DNA of 64,000 nucleotides, from positions 85,188,001-85,252,000 of the forward strand of contig NC_092345.1 of the NCBI RefSeq assembly GCF_963676685.1, written 5' to 3'. The stretch is from Mytilus edulis (lineage: Eukaryota). The notes beneath the pieces are model-generated. The model made no database searches, was not told the DNA's origin, and saw nothing but the letters and a program-made list of their open reading frames with translations. Each line of letters starts with the position of its first letter. The stretch's first letter is position 1. This document shows positions 36,401 to 48,785 of the stretch, in pieces. Both the position numbers and the translations under genes were made by a program.

Positions 36401-39400
36401 GCAATTATATAATTTAGTCCATCCAAAGCGATCTTTATTTAACTATTTTGGAATTAATGTTCTCATCAAAATATTTTAAATCTCACAATGCATGAATACT
36501 TCAGCTATTTGAAAAAAAAAGATTTTTTAAAAATTGACAGGAAATTTAAGGATCTTCTTGGAATGGAATCGAAAAATTACGAATTGATATTCTTTTCAAA
36601 TGTGAAAAACGTCAACCAAATTTATTCATTATCGGGAACGTCCTTATTAAATATAGTCTTCGTCTCACAACGTATAATACTTTAGCTATTTGACCAACGA
36701 TGTTTAAAAACAAAAGACAACGAATGTAATGTCATCTTTCCCTATTTTTGAATGTAATGATAAGTCTGTTCAACTTGCAAGAATATCCCTAAAGCGGACA
36801 AGCAGTTTATTCTTTAAATTGCTGTCATTGAATATCAAGAAAGAAAATAAATCCCGACATTGATTTGAAACTTTAATACTCGATAGTTTTCCTAGAAAAT
36901 ATTCACATCCCTTGGGGATTATTAGTGTACCTCCATGCAGTTGCATATATATTACATGAATGTCGGAACAATTGTGATGATGACGAATTTCTTCCTTTAT
37001 TGGAGAACAATCTAATTGATATATAAATCTGTGATTTAACTATGTTCATAACTTCGATGAACCAAAGCAAGTTATATATCGACCTGTATTTAAATCAAAT
37101 TGGTTCTCTTCTTCTTCTTCTTTTGGTATACAATAGTCTATCGAATTCGTTGATTACATACTGTTGGTATACGTGGACTAGTCTATTTACAAAACTTTTA
37201 CCCCAATTTACACAAAATGCATGTTTCTTTCTTATGTTCAATGTATACATGTATATATTTTAAATTGCGCTATAGTTCCGTAACTTTCTATCCAGGCGTA
37301 TAAACGAATCGTCGACAAGTGCGTACATTTTTAAAATCAATATTTCTGGTATGTTCCAATCTGTCCTTTACTATTGACAACGAGTATATACATTTTCCCA
37401 AATTAACCCTTGGAAAAAATATGTAAATTGATTTTTATTTCTTCAGATCTTTTTTTTGGTATTATTTATATTTTTATAAATAATATTCTTTACACCAGAA
37501 ATGTTATTTATAAACAAGCGTATGAGTTAAGTAATGATTAGTATATTATATCACTTTTGGACACGCAAGACAGAGATGTATATTATACACCTGATAGTTC
37601 AAAATGGAGAGTTATACGTTATCGGCCATGTACACTGATCAATACCTACAGAAGTGAAAAACGATGCATGAACTTGCAAGCCCGACAGGAAATCGCTTGA
37701 ATACCTGGACGTGTCACCTCACACCCCTCACAATACCTTTGGGAGTAATACCTTTAGCCATGCTGGTGATCAGATGAGGGAAGATCCGAATTTATTTGAA
37801 TAAAGTTTATTATTTTAAAGATTTATGAACGAATTAGATTTTCGAAAACAATTTTCATGGAACACTTATTTAAGATTTGAACTTTGACTTTTTAACTAAT
37901 TCCAATGTTAACAGTTTAAAAATAACAGACTATGGTTATTTAAAAAAAATAAGAACATTTTCCGTATCAAGTTAGCTAGTTAGATAAAAAAAAAACGTAC
38001 GATTGACAAGATATCGACACGCAATTACGACTACATCGGTTACTGTAATTTTGATCCTTTGTGGTTTATAGACATATCGTGATTTTAATCGTAGAAGATG
38101 ACAAAATGGCGGAACGCAGAGAATTGATACTCAAAATTTAAAATCGATGGTGATCTCTTATCTAGCGGAATAAAATTTTAATATCTATAAATTTGAGAAT
38201 TTTTATACAGAATGGACATAATATCAATTTTTGATTTTTTTGCGAAGTTTCCCTTTAAAGAATCAATTTACTGCATAAATTCATTTCATATGGTTTAATT
38301 AGGGAATCACTTATATGTCAGCACATGGTATATTAGAGATTTAACCATGAGGTAATATTTTGGATAATAAAATATGTTTCATGGTAAAATCCATATAAAC
38401 TATTAGATGCCATTAATTATTTTTGTTCTGGTAACAAAATTTGCCAAAAAAAAAGGTACTATAATTTATGTTGCATTAGATGCTGTTGTTAACGCATTAT
38501 TTGTGCACATAAAGTGTACTTTGATGTCATCCTTTTATATCTGTCATGCTTTATTGTGCATTTTAAAATGACATATTCCACAGAGTGAAAACAGAATGTC
38601 ATATTATATAATGTAATAATATAATATTTGTAAGTGTAAACATCATACTATGTAAATTCTGAAATTTTCCAAGTGTTTTTATTATTGCATAAATTGCAAC
38701 AAGATAAGTGTTTCAAAGATAAAAAGTTTCATTTAGATATTGATAGCCTTATTTGTATGCAGTTTTTCTTGCAATAATTAAACTTGCATGTATTGTGTCT
38801 TGATATTTTTGTTCTCAAAATAAATTGATAATAATTCAAATTTTGAATCCTAATTGGTCACTGCCATGTCTAGATTTAAGATAGGTTTGCTGCAGAACCA
38901 ATGTTGTTTTTATCCCCCCACCCCCCAATCCTTGTCCGCCTGTACATAAGAACAACCCAAAATTAGCTTCTGTTCTCTAATTCAAGTTTGCCTCAACCAT
39001 TGTTATTAAACTTATACATAATTCATATTACATGTATTACAAAACACAGATCAAGTATGATTTTTGTGGATTCATTTTTACCGTTTTAGAGTTATGTCCC
39101 TTTACAAATGGAAATATTGCTGAATTTTTTTGTTTAAGTTCTCTATCTTTAGTTTGCCTCAACCAAATGTTATGAAACTTATACACAATAATTATTACCA
39201 TTAAACACAAATTTGGGTAACGTCACTTTTACAGTTCTTGATTATGTTGTATTCAAGTGGGGGCATCATCTGTGTCCCATGGACACATTCCCCATTTATT
39301 TGTTTTAATTTTTTTTATGTGACTGTTACTTTAAAAAGTTGATTAACTGATTTCAAAATTATTCCCATTGTCAAAGTGCTCATGAAAGAATAAGTTCTTG

Positions 39401-39534
39401 ATACCATTGTCAGACAATATTGTGAAAATGACATTTTTTTGTTACAAGTTTTTGTAAAGAACTTAGCAGTATATATTTCTTGTATTTTTCAGGCAAAGAA
39501 ATCGAAAAGAGCAGAACGATTTGGACTAACATAG
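21499..39534 (+). CDS. SARNP: SAP domain-containing ribonucleoprotein (CIP29/HCC-1/Tho1), 11 exons, 242 aa
   Basis: Exons 21499-21522, 26423-26522, 26966-26997, 29283-29392, 29865-29934, 31238-31308, 31816-31876, 32473-32538, 32827-32898, 34607-34687 and 39493-39534. All introns are GT-AG with consistent phases; total 729 nt. SAP domain LSTLKVADLKEKLKEKGLTVSGTKPELLKRL, acidic linker, six RxxR/KFG motifs, ending AKKSKRAERFGLT-stop. Confidence 0.95.
21693..21856. mobile_element. 164-bp MITE with 16-bp perfect TIR
   Basis: atacaccttatcgcta ... tagcgataaggtgtat. Confidence 0.8.
22944..25228 (-). mobile_element. Full-length pogo/Tigger DNA transposon (2285 bp)
   Basis: TA|cagtgaaacctgtccaaaccgaac ... 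gttcggttttaccaggtttcactg|TA: 24-bp TIR with 3 mismatches, TA TSD, and repeated ttcggttt subterminal motifs. Confidence 0.95.
23243..24865 (-). CDS. pogo/Tigger (CENP-B-like) transposase, 540 aa, uninterrupted
   Basis: NLS-like PKKKRK, two HTH domains (LSIENKMDLI...YGIGKATVCDIL; GPILQEKA...FKASNGWL), catalytic FNADETG / FLDNATSH / QPLD with 30 residues between the last two Asp, and a C-terminal PIP box QTTLDNYF. Confidence 0.96.
   Translation of the reverse strand: METPKKKRKFDQNDKPSPSPKRARKELSIENKMDLIKDSEAVPKISQKDLSLKYGIGKATVCDILKRKDTYRTQYEENIGSKRKRHASSSKFFDLNELLFRWFKGAREKNIPLSGPILQEKALEFAKELNLPEFKASNGWLESWRLRYGIGFFKVCGESADVNLNVVAEFKSKLPEIVKDYDPRDTFNADETGLFFRALPDKTLAERGKECKGGKMSKQRLTVMLCCSVRGEKLKPLVIGNANKPRCFRNLDVKSLPVTWKANKKSWMNSTFFTEWVKDINRDMRKKSRKIVIFLDNATSHSHNLKLSNVELKFFPANTTSKLQPLDLGIIRAFKARYRKHMIKHLLPQIDNCNTVTELCKEINVLKAIHWIKKSWNETKSTTIESCFRDAGFPLEAPTIVDEPEDPDDDIPLADLVEQLRSRDPSVQITEADDVDDNLATESAFDSEWETDLIREFTGDTLIESDEDIDTDIPTEVQPGSDMNHTDILDLLTKLRNFSISKDSRYLDQTEQMISMTEDLIVKSKLATRQTTLDNYFSVQ
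27273..28604. mobile_element. 1.3-kb non-autonomous DNA transposon, CAGTG termini, 5-bp TSD (hAT5-like)
   Basis: atatg|cagtggtctcgct ... agctagagcactg|atatg. Confidence 0.8.
27963..28187. mobile_element. 225-bp MITE nested in the previous element, flanked by an ATAATT duplication
   Basis: ataatt|gagggccctcatgggg ... ccccatgaggggcctc|ataatt, with internal tgatta repeats. Confidence 0.82.
30826..30910. repeat. Short tandem repeat (gacatcatttgatagggaa, alternating 19/22 bp)
   Basis: Four to five units are visible. Confidence 0.85.
33619..33774. repeat. 156-bp near-perfect palindrome (hairpin MITE) with a cUUCGg apex
   Basis: aggattaaacaca...aaaagtcc-ttcg-gactttt...tgtgtttaatcct. Confidence 0.88.
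34944..38254. mobile_element. 3.3-kb Kolobok-like non-autonomous DNA transposon in SARNP intron 10
   Basis: TTAA|agggaaaattcgc ... gcgaagtttccct|TTAA: TTAA TSD, purine-purine termini, 13-bp TIR with 1 mismatch, no intact ORF. Confidence 0.75.
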
Positions 39535-40843
39535 AGGCCAAGAAACATTACAACATTGACACTGCCATTTATATCATTTCATAATACAAACATCCCTTAC
39601 AAAATATGTCATATTTGTACATAGATTAGTCATGAATTGAAACATTGTTCATCTGTTCTTCAGAGTAATTTTCACACAATCTGGGTATATTGCTTAACTA
39701 ATAGCATTATTTTATTGCACCTTCTATTTTTTTTAAATAGTTTTACCAACTGTCTGTTCTGTCTCTTTGAAATATAACAGATGTTTAATTTATTTTCTAC
39801 TGGCTGCTAAAAATGATTACATAGTAATTTGTTTTGATTATGATCGGTTTGACTGAATATTCATTTCCTGTTGGTTTACATGATACGACAGATATTACAA
39901 CCAATCTATTCAGAAAAGCTGTTGGAAAGTACAATGGTAAACATGTTTTTCTACTACTTTTTTATATGTGTCTCCAGATATTAAACTAATTGTTCTTATG
40001 AGAAGTTTACCAATGTTTAATTTAAGTAAGAAAACAAGATAGGAATTTGTTTTATTGACGAAAAAATGGTATCTGTTCATATCTTATTTTTAAAAGTGAG
40101 GGCATTTGTATTGTACTGATACTCATTTAGTATTTATAACCTTGAAGTTGAAATTCACATTCACATAAAATGTAGGTTATGATTGAATTTCTCTTTCTGG
40201 ATTTGAAGAAGTTTGCAATTGCTTGGATTGAAAGTATATCAGCCAAACTTCTATCACTTGTATTCAATGTAGTGTTGGCCTAGTACAAAGCAGGGTTAAT
40301 ATTCATATTACATTAACATGTTTTTGTCCTGAATGTGCATATTAATTTGCCGCTGGACGTTAAGCAGCCATCCATCATCATCATAATCAATGATGTACAT
40401 ATTTGTGTCTGCATTAAGGACTCATTAATTGTTTTAATTTGTCATAGTATTAAAGCAAGAACTTTGGGTCACTATCTCATTTAGTTTCTCTTCTTTCTTC
40501 ATGTACATTCACTACATTGATAGTGGGCTAAAATATCTGAAGCAGACTTTGTGCCTTTCTGAAATGAAGATTATAAAAGGCTTGATTTATCTTGTTATGG
40601 CCCACAACTAAGAGGCCAGATGAAGTATATTACCAGTGTCCAGCCTTCCATAATTCTGTTCGTCTGAAATTACACAAATTTGAATACTTTTTTTAGGACT
40701 TTCCTGCAATTATAGAGCTTATCTTTGGTAGATAAGTGTATAATGACTCCAGAACAAATTATTGTTGTGGTGTCCTTGGCTGACTTTTGACAAAGATATT
40801 GCCTTGACCTTGAAAAACTTCTTAAACATGAACTTTGCCAGAA

Positions 40844-41116
40844 TTTTTATGCCCCACCTACGATAGTAGAGGGGCATTATGTTTTCTGGTCTGTGCCTCC
40901 GTTCGTCCGTCCGCTTCAGGTTAAAGTTTTTGGTCAAGGTAGTTTTTGAATAGGTTGAAGTCTAATCAACTTGAAACTTAGTACACATGTTCCCTATGAT
41001 ATGATCTTTCTAATTTTAATTCCAAATTAAAGTTTTGACCCTAATTTCATGGTCCACTGAACATAGAAAATGATAGTGCGAGTGGGGCATCCGTGTACTT
41101 AGGACACATTCTTGTT
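40844..41116 (+). mobile_element. HINE/pearl-like non-autonomous element
   Basis: tttttatgcccc...ggggcat start, short (gtcc) microsatellite, 3-prime ggggcat plus a small hairpin and a cttgtt end. Confidence 0.7.
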
Positions 41117-42586
41117 AAAGTATACATTCAATGTGGAACCAGAAAATTAATTCCATTATATTTATGTCTTATGATTCAGTAAGCAACCAAAGAAAACTAA
41201 TTAAAAATACACAATAAACCTTTAAAGGTAAAGAGAATTAAAATGTCGAGGGGATGCTTTCTGATTAGTGCAGTAGTAAGTGGAGAGGTTATAGCCTTGA
41301 TCCAGTAACTTTCAAGCCCAGTGACTTTTAAATTAAATGTTAAGGATCCCTATGGTAAGATTAATACTTCATAAACTCAACCGTGTTCTGTTTTTGAGAC
41401 AGTACTAGGGAAAGTTGATATAATCTAACTAAAGGTTTTTTGTTCACTTGTATTATTTTAGCTATGTTAGAGGCAACTATAATAACAAATTCACAAATTT
41501 GCACCTTCATATTACATATTTATTACATTTTAAACATTTCCTACATGATATGGTAGGTGATGCATATACATGTAGATGATTAAGTATGTGAACAAATTTC
41601 ATCCTCAAGGTGAAATAAAATATTATCAGAATTTTTGTGTTCATAATCAGATCACAGTAATATGCATATTACATTTTCATAAGTCACTTGTCTGTTCATT
41701 GTAAGTAAGTATCAGTCATTCTGAATTTTGTTTTACAGATTTTATTTGTGGCTTCAAATATCTTGTATTGAATTCAAAAATACAAAATTTGCCATAACTA
41801 GCACAGACACTTGTCTCTGCAATAAATGTTAACCTATATATACTATAATATAACATATTAAAATATAAAGGTAAAACAAAATTAGAGACAAATGCCTGTG
41901 CAAAATAGCCTATTTTTAAACCTCGTCATTAATATTTAGATATAAGTTAGTCAAAAATCTGTTTGGCTACAAGATGTCTTATTCAAAGATACAAATGTTG
42001 GTACAATATATGTTTAGGTAAGGCCTTTGACCATATCTTAGTTTCCCCGAAACGTTTAGTAGAATTTTCACTTTATTTTATTAAGTGACATTCATGTACT
42101 TATTAAGTTTGCAGATTCTGTATATCATCCTATTAATAGAAATACATTTTAAAAGACCTTGAAGAATTTTCGAATTGTTGCTATTTTAGAGGCCAGATAA
42201 TAGCTCTTAACTTTTTTTTTTTATATCAAGAAAGAAGTCATTTAAAAACATTAGGAATAAATTTGACATAAAAGTCATTGCTTTCTCATTAAAACAAAAT
42301 GAACAGAAAATTCATTAGAAAAATCAAGCAAACAAATCCTAAATAAATTGCAAAATAAATTGCCCTTTTGAAGAAAATCCTTTTTATCAGACTTCAGCAC
42401 AAGGATTTCTGCATCATTGATTTATTATATCTCCATTGTAAAATTCCTCTATACAATTAGCCATGTCAACTCTGTAATGGGATTGATTTCAAGAAGTTTT
42501 AATGCAATTGTTTTCATTGAAATGATGTGTCTTCATGATTGATTAGTCATATTATTCTAGAAAATAATTTCCAGATTGATGCTTAA

Positions 42587-42859
42587 GGTGGTACCTAACA
42601 CTTTTACTAAAATTAATTTGGCTCGTTTAATTTGCATCAAATTTTGACAAAGTATTTACTTTGACCCTTTGACAAAAATATAAAAATTTAAAAAATTTTG
42701 AACCAACCGTTTTGTCAGAAAAATTACACTGGTTATATAGCAATTTGACAAACACCAATTTTGATCATTGAGAAGCTTAATATTCCTTTTACAACACAAC
42801 GTAATTAAAACGTTTAGCTGACTTTACAGAGTTATCTCCCTGTAGTGTTAGGTACCACC
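42587..42859. mobile_element. 273-bp Kolobok-like MITE
   Basis: TTAA|ggtggtacctaacact ... agtgttaggtaccacc|TTAA: 16-bp perfect TIR. Confidence 0.9.
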
Positions 42860-44319
42860 TTAACACTATTATATGTATTGTATTTTTATGATATTTTAGT
42901 AATGATTTTGTAGTAAAGTACTTCAAAGGGAAAACTGTACACTTATATTTCATTTTTACAATTTGAGTCTATTATGAATAAAATTAATTGTACTACAGAC
43001 AACTGTGTTGTTTAGAAATGACAATTTATGTACATGGGTTTCTTGGAGATTCCCTTAGTCACCATGCTTCATTGGTTTCAGAATATTTACTTTATTTAAA
43101 GTGCATTGTCTGATCAAGTGTATTTGATTTGTGAAGATTTAATTTATACTAGATACTTGACACTTATTTTCAAGTGCCTGTGATTGACATCCCTGCATTT
43201 CAGTTTTGAGGAGAATATTAGACGGACCACCTTTAGTCAAACTTCATTGACTATGGTATGGCACAATGTTAATTATTCTTATTAACATGTTTGTAATCAA
43301 GTTTAATACATTCTACATGCATCCTTTTGTAACAGCTGCAACACGAAAAAATTTTAAGTCTCAGATATGTTTTGATTTCAAGTTTTTTAATAAAAGTACA
43401 TTTAATAGACTATTGCTATTTTTGGAAAGATTAGAACTTGTTCTAAATCTTAACTAAGGCACCAGCCTCCCTAACAACACGGCAGGTTTGCTACTGTTAC
43501 TAAATGTATTCACACTGAAATATAGTTCCCTATGGTTCTTATGTATGTGCACATAATACACATATAAATTGAAAAAATGGGTATATTATTTGAGCAGTTC
43601 ATTTAAGAATGCATGTATATTTATGCATATTATTCTGATAAACTGTATTGTTTAAAGTAAATAAAGAATAGAATGTCATTAAGGTGTGTTGATGTGCAGG
43701 CTTTTTTTTTAAAAACATTTTGATTAGGTAATTGGGTATTGATACAATTCTAGTAGGATTGACAACTGTCATTATCACTAAACAATCAGAGACTAAGTAG
43801 ACCATTAATTACAATGCCCCACCTCCTAAAGTGCATAAAGTGATTCTGTAAATTATATCTGAAAGATAAATGATTGATGGATTAACAAGATCTTTAAAAA
43901 AAAATAAAAAAAATATGAATATAAATATAAATATGAATGTATAAAAAGTATTCAAGTAAGTAAGGCCTATGATTTACTTGATAAATTTGCAATAATCATC
44001 TGTATTTAATCAACGATTTAGATTAGTTCCCTATTTTTTTTATCAGGAATTGGTTTGAAATAGTTTTAAAACTTTAAAACTTTTAATTATAACAAACCAT
44101 TGTTTATTAGTTTATCAATCATTATGTCTATTTTAGTCAATTGAATTTTTATTAGAAGTGAAAAGTATATATTTTTGCAATCAAGAAAGAATCCACATTT
44201 CAATAAAATAAGTCTTTTAATTTGTTTACGTTGTAAAAGAACATTTTCAATGCCCTGTGTTGATAAATACTTTAAAAATTTATCAAAAGGCACACTACAA
44301 CTTTTAATCTTCAATGTCA

Positions 44320-44821
44320 TATAACCTCTGTTTCAACTTACAAAATGCCCAAAAACAACATTCTCGAGAAGAATGAAACGAAGCTAGCATTATCCTTTAA
44401 ATTCAAGTTCCACTTGGTATATGATGTCCTCCTGCTGAACAGTGAAAATTTTGGTGACTTCATTGACCCCATTTTAGCTGATTAAATTTGAATACTGCAT
44501 GTATACAAGCAATGTTGCTTCTGGCATCCTTCTGGAATTTAGATTAAAGATAGATTGGGAGCTACTTAATAAACAACAAAAGAGATGATGTTAATGTTTT
44601 TATAGTATACTATTAAAATGTTTAAGCACCAAAATTCAGACAATATGAAGTTTGTTTTTTCCAATTGATACATTATTGCAGGATTTGTCTTTCCTATTAA
44701 ATTTTTTGATTAGAGGATATTTGCTTATAAGGAAGCATTTGAAAAGACTCCTTCTGGGTGGTAAATTTCGAGTCATCTTTACGAAAGTTTTACAGAAGCC
44801 ATCATCATTTGTATGACAGAG
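44320..44821 (+). mobile_element. Degenerate Penelope-like RT remnant
   Basis: FKFHLVYDVLLLNSENFGDFID corresponds to FRYIDDVLSLNN.xFGDF. Also KQQRDDVNVFIV and FESSLRKFYRSHHHL. Confidence 0.65.
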
Positions 44822-46652
44822 AACGATCCTCATCAACAACCCTCACAATCCTTATCAACAACCCTCACGAACCTTATCAACAACTCTCACGATCCTCATC
44901 AACAATTCACACAATCTTCGTCAACAACCCTCACAATCCTCATCAACGACCCTCACAACCTTCTTCAACGACCCTCACGATCCTCATCAACAACCCTCAT
45001 GATCCTCATCAACAATCCTCACAATCTTCGTCAACAACCCTCAAAATCCTCATCAACGACCCTCACAATCTTCGTCAACAACCCTCATAATCTTCATCAA
45101 CAACCCTCACAATCTTCGTCAACAACCCTCACGATCCTCATCAACAATCCCCACAATCCTCATCAACAATCTTCGTCAACAACTCTCACAATCCTTATCA
45201 ACGACCCTCACAATCTTCGTCAACAACCCTCACAATCCTCATCAACAACCCTGACGATCCTCATCAACAACCCTCACGATCATTATCAACGACCCTCACA
45301 ATTTTCGTCAACAACCCTCGCAATCTTCGTCAACGACCCTCATAACCTTCGTCAACAACCCTCACGATCCTCATCAACAATCCTCACGATCCTAATCAAC
45401 AATCCTCACAATCTTCGTCAACAACCCTCACAATCCTCATCAACGACCCTCACAATATTCGTCAACAACCCTCACAATCCTCAACAACGACCCTCACAAT
45501 CTTCAACAACCCTCACAATCCTCATCAACAACCCTGACGATCCTCACCATTAACCCTCACGATCATAATCAACGATACTCACAATCATTATCAACAACCC
45601 TAATGATCCTTATCAACATCCCTGACGATCCTCATCAACAACCCTCACGATCCTCATCAACGACCCTCGCAATCCCCATCAACGACCCTCCCGATCCTCA
45701 TCAACGATCCTCATAAACAACCCTCACGATCCTTATCAACAACCCTCATTATCCTCATGATCCTTATCAGCGACACTCACAATCCTTATCAAGAACCCTC
45801 ATGATCCTTATCAACAACCCTGACGCTCCTCATCAACAATCCTGATGATCCTCATCAACGAACCTCGCGATCCCCATCAACGACCCTCGCGATCCTCATA
45901 AATAACCCTCACGATCCGTATCAACAACCCTAACAATCCTCATCAACAACCCTGACGATCCTCATCAACAACCCTGATGATCCTCATCAACAACCCTAAC
46001 GATCCTCATCAACAAACCTAATAATCCTAATCAACAACCCTGACGATCCTCATCAACAACCCTAAGGATCCTCATCAACAACCCTAACGATCCTCATCAA
46101 CAACCCTGACGATCCTCATCAACAACCCTAACGATCCTCATCAACAACCCTAACGATCCTCATCAACAACCCTAACGATCCTCACCAACAACCCTAACAA
46201 TCCTCATCAACAACCCTAACAATCCTCATTAACAACCCTAACAATCCTCATCAACAACCCTAACAATCCTCATCAACAACCCTGACGATCCTCATCAACA
46301 ACCCTCATGATCCTCATCAACAATCCTCACAATCTTCGTCAACAACCCTCACAATCTTCATCAACGACCCTCACAATCTTCGTCAACAACCCTCATAATC
46401 TTCATCAACGACCCTCACAATCTTCGTCAACAACCCTTACGATCCTCATCAACAATCCTCACAATCCTCACAATCCTCACAATCTTCGTCAACAACCCTC
46501 ACAATCCTCATCAACAACCCTAACGATCCTCATCAACAACCCTGACGATCCTCATCAACAACCCTAACGATCCTCATCAACAACCCTAACGATCCTCATC
46601 AACAACCCTAACAATCCTCATCAACAATCCTGACGATCCTCATCAACAATCC
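44822..46652. repeat. About 1.8-kb tandem array of a 21-bp unit (cctcacgatcctcatcaacaa) with sub-variants
   Basis: Directly visible. Explains ORFs 44758-45090, 44813-45553 and 46307-46567. Confidence 0.96.
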
Positions 46653-47120
46653 TCTGATGCCGTTATGGCTATTACTTATATTATGATACTTGGTTCTTTC
46701 CCCCCGTTTTTATATACTCAACAGTTTTTCTTCACCATTTTCACTTGTATAGTTTTGGTATGACATAATTTCTGTTCATTAGTTGTAATTGGATTTAAAC
46801 TAGCTGTCATTGATTGAAAGTATTCTTAGATTAGTACTTGATGTATTTTGCCTTTATGTTAGTTTGTTTGTACTTCGTGCTTATCTGATGAGCTAATCTA
46901 TTTTCAACTTATTTTTATATTGTGTTCTTTTATAGCACTTCATACAAATGAGACAGTATTTGATGTACTTTGCCTTTATGTCAGAGTGTTTGTGTCTCGT
47001 GCTTATCTGATGAGCTAATCTATTTTCAACTTATTCTTATATTGTGTTCTTTTATACCACTTCATACAAGGTATTGGGTGAGCTCTTACAATCATGTTTA
47101 ACCCAGTCACTGTATTTCTT

Positions 47121-47840
47121 TGTCCCAAGTCAGGAGCTGGTAGTTTAGATGTTGTTGTTGGTTGTCTTTGTCCCAAGTCAGGAGCTGGTAGTTCAGATGT
47201 TGTTGTTGGTTGTCTTTGTCCCAAGTCAGGAGCTGGTAGTTCAGATGTTGTTGTTGGTTGTCTTTGTCCCAAGTCAGGAGCTGGTAGTTCAGATGTTGTT
47301 GTTGGTTGTCTTTGTCCCAAGTCAGGAGCTGGTAGTTCAGATGTTGTTGTTGGTTGTCTTTGTCCCAAGTCAGGAGCTGGTAGTTCAGATGTTGTTGTTG
47401 GTTGTCTTTGTCCCAAGTCAGGAGCTGGTAGTTCAGATGTTGTTGTTAGTTGTCTTTGTCCCAAGTCAGGAGCTGGTAGTTCAGATGTTGTTGTTGGTTG
47501 TCTTTGTCCCAAGTCAGGAGCTGGTAGTTCAGAGGTTGTTGTTGGTTGTCTTTGTCCCAAGTCAGGAGCTGGTAGTTCAAATGTTGTTGTTGGTTGTCTT
47601 TGTCCCAAGTCAGGAGCTGGTAGTTCAGATGTTGTTATTGGTTGTCTTTGTCCCAATTCAGGAACTGGTAGTTCAGATGTTGTTGTTGGTTGTCTTTGTC
47701 CCAATTCATGAGCTGGTAGTTCAGATGTTGTTATTGGTTGTCTTTGTCCCAATTCAGGAACTGGTAGTTCAGATGTTGTTGTTGGTTGTCTTTGTCCCAA
47801 TTCATGAGCTGGTAGTTCAGATGTTGTTGTTGGTTGTTGT
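47121..47840. repeat. 48-bp tandem array, about 15 highly similar copies
   Basis: Unit tgtcccaagtcaggagctggtagttcagatgttgttgttggttgtctt. Explains the three repetitive ORFs at 47015-47877. Confidence 0.97.
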
Positions 47841-48785
47841 CTGTCATATTAGTTTTTCAATTATTGTTGTGTCATAAATCAGATCACAAATTTGTATTCA
47901 AATCTTCTTATCTTTATAATAAAATATTAGTATTCTTCACATATTCGTACATTTTTAAAACATCTTTTAACATCATATAATTCAAAAACGAACTTATCTC
48001 AGCATTTTCTCAAATTGTACTCATGGGTTCATACTACTGTCAAGCTAATTCCTCATGATTTCAGCAGGGGATAAAGAAAGAATATAAAACTTGTTAGAAA
48101 TCAATATCCAATGTCAACTTGTTCATTGCCTTTATGTTCTTTCATATTTGTCTTATTGAAATATTATTGAGAAATGTCTAGTAACTCCGTCAGCTTACTA
48201 ACAAAATATCCATCTGACTAATGGTTGTTGCGTGTTATTGGCACTAAAGTAAAGAATAAAGATATTAAGACAATGGTTTCAACAATAAATGTAAAGCAGT
48301 CAAGTGCGGCATTTAACAAGGTCATTACTAGTATCTTGACTTACTTAATTATCAGTTATAAGTATAGTGAAATCACAGATCATACTTTCGTTCGATTGGG
48401 TCATCAACCTCATTCTTTTCTTGGCCGTGTTTACGCTTTTCCCTTGAACGCATGATTGTTAGTTAGCTTTGAGTAGCTATACGACCCAGTTAGGATTGGT
48501 AATCAGGATGGTTTTAAACGACCTTGACTTCTCATGAAGATCTTGCGGTGGGAATTAGGGTTTGTACCTCTTGTCACTTTTTATATGGTTTCAAACATTT
48601 GTCTCGGAACAGACCTGATGATATGTTAGAAGTGAATTGTACGTAAAAATTTACAATGGCTATTTTACCGGCTCTGATTATAATTCTGAATTCCAACAAG
48701 GATTGTATAGTAAGAAGGTCTTACTATATATACAAATCCTTTGTCAAAGTGTAAATAAGAATTTATTACAAGAAATTAAAAAAAA

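Noticed and set aside
44758-47877. Mucin- or adhesive-like repetitive ORFs (SSSTTLTILINNPH; SELPAPDLGQRQPTTT)
   Set aside because: Open in several frames because unit lengths are multiples of 3; no signal peptide or splice context, and embedded in mobile-element relics.
46880-48650. CTGATGA motifs at about 46886, 47007 and 48615 as further hammerheads
   Set aside because: No properly placed GAAA and stems; at most decayed relics.
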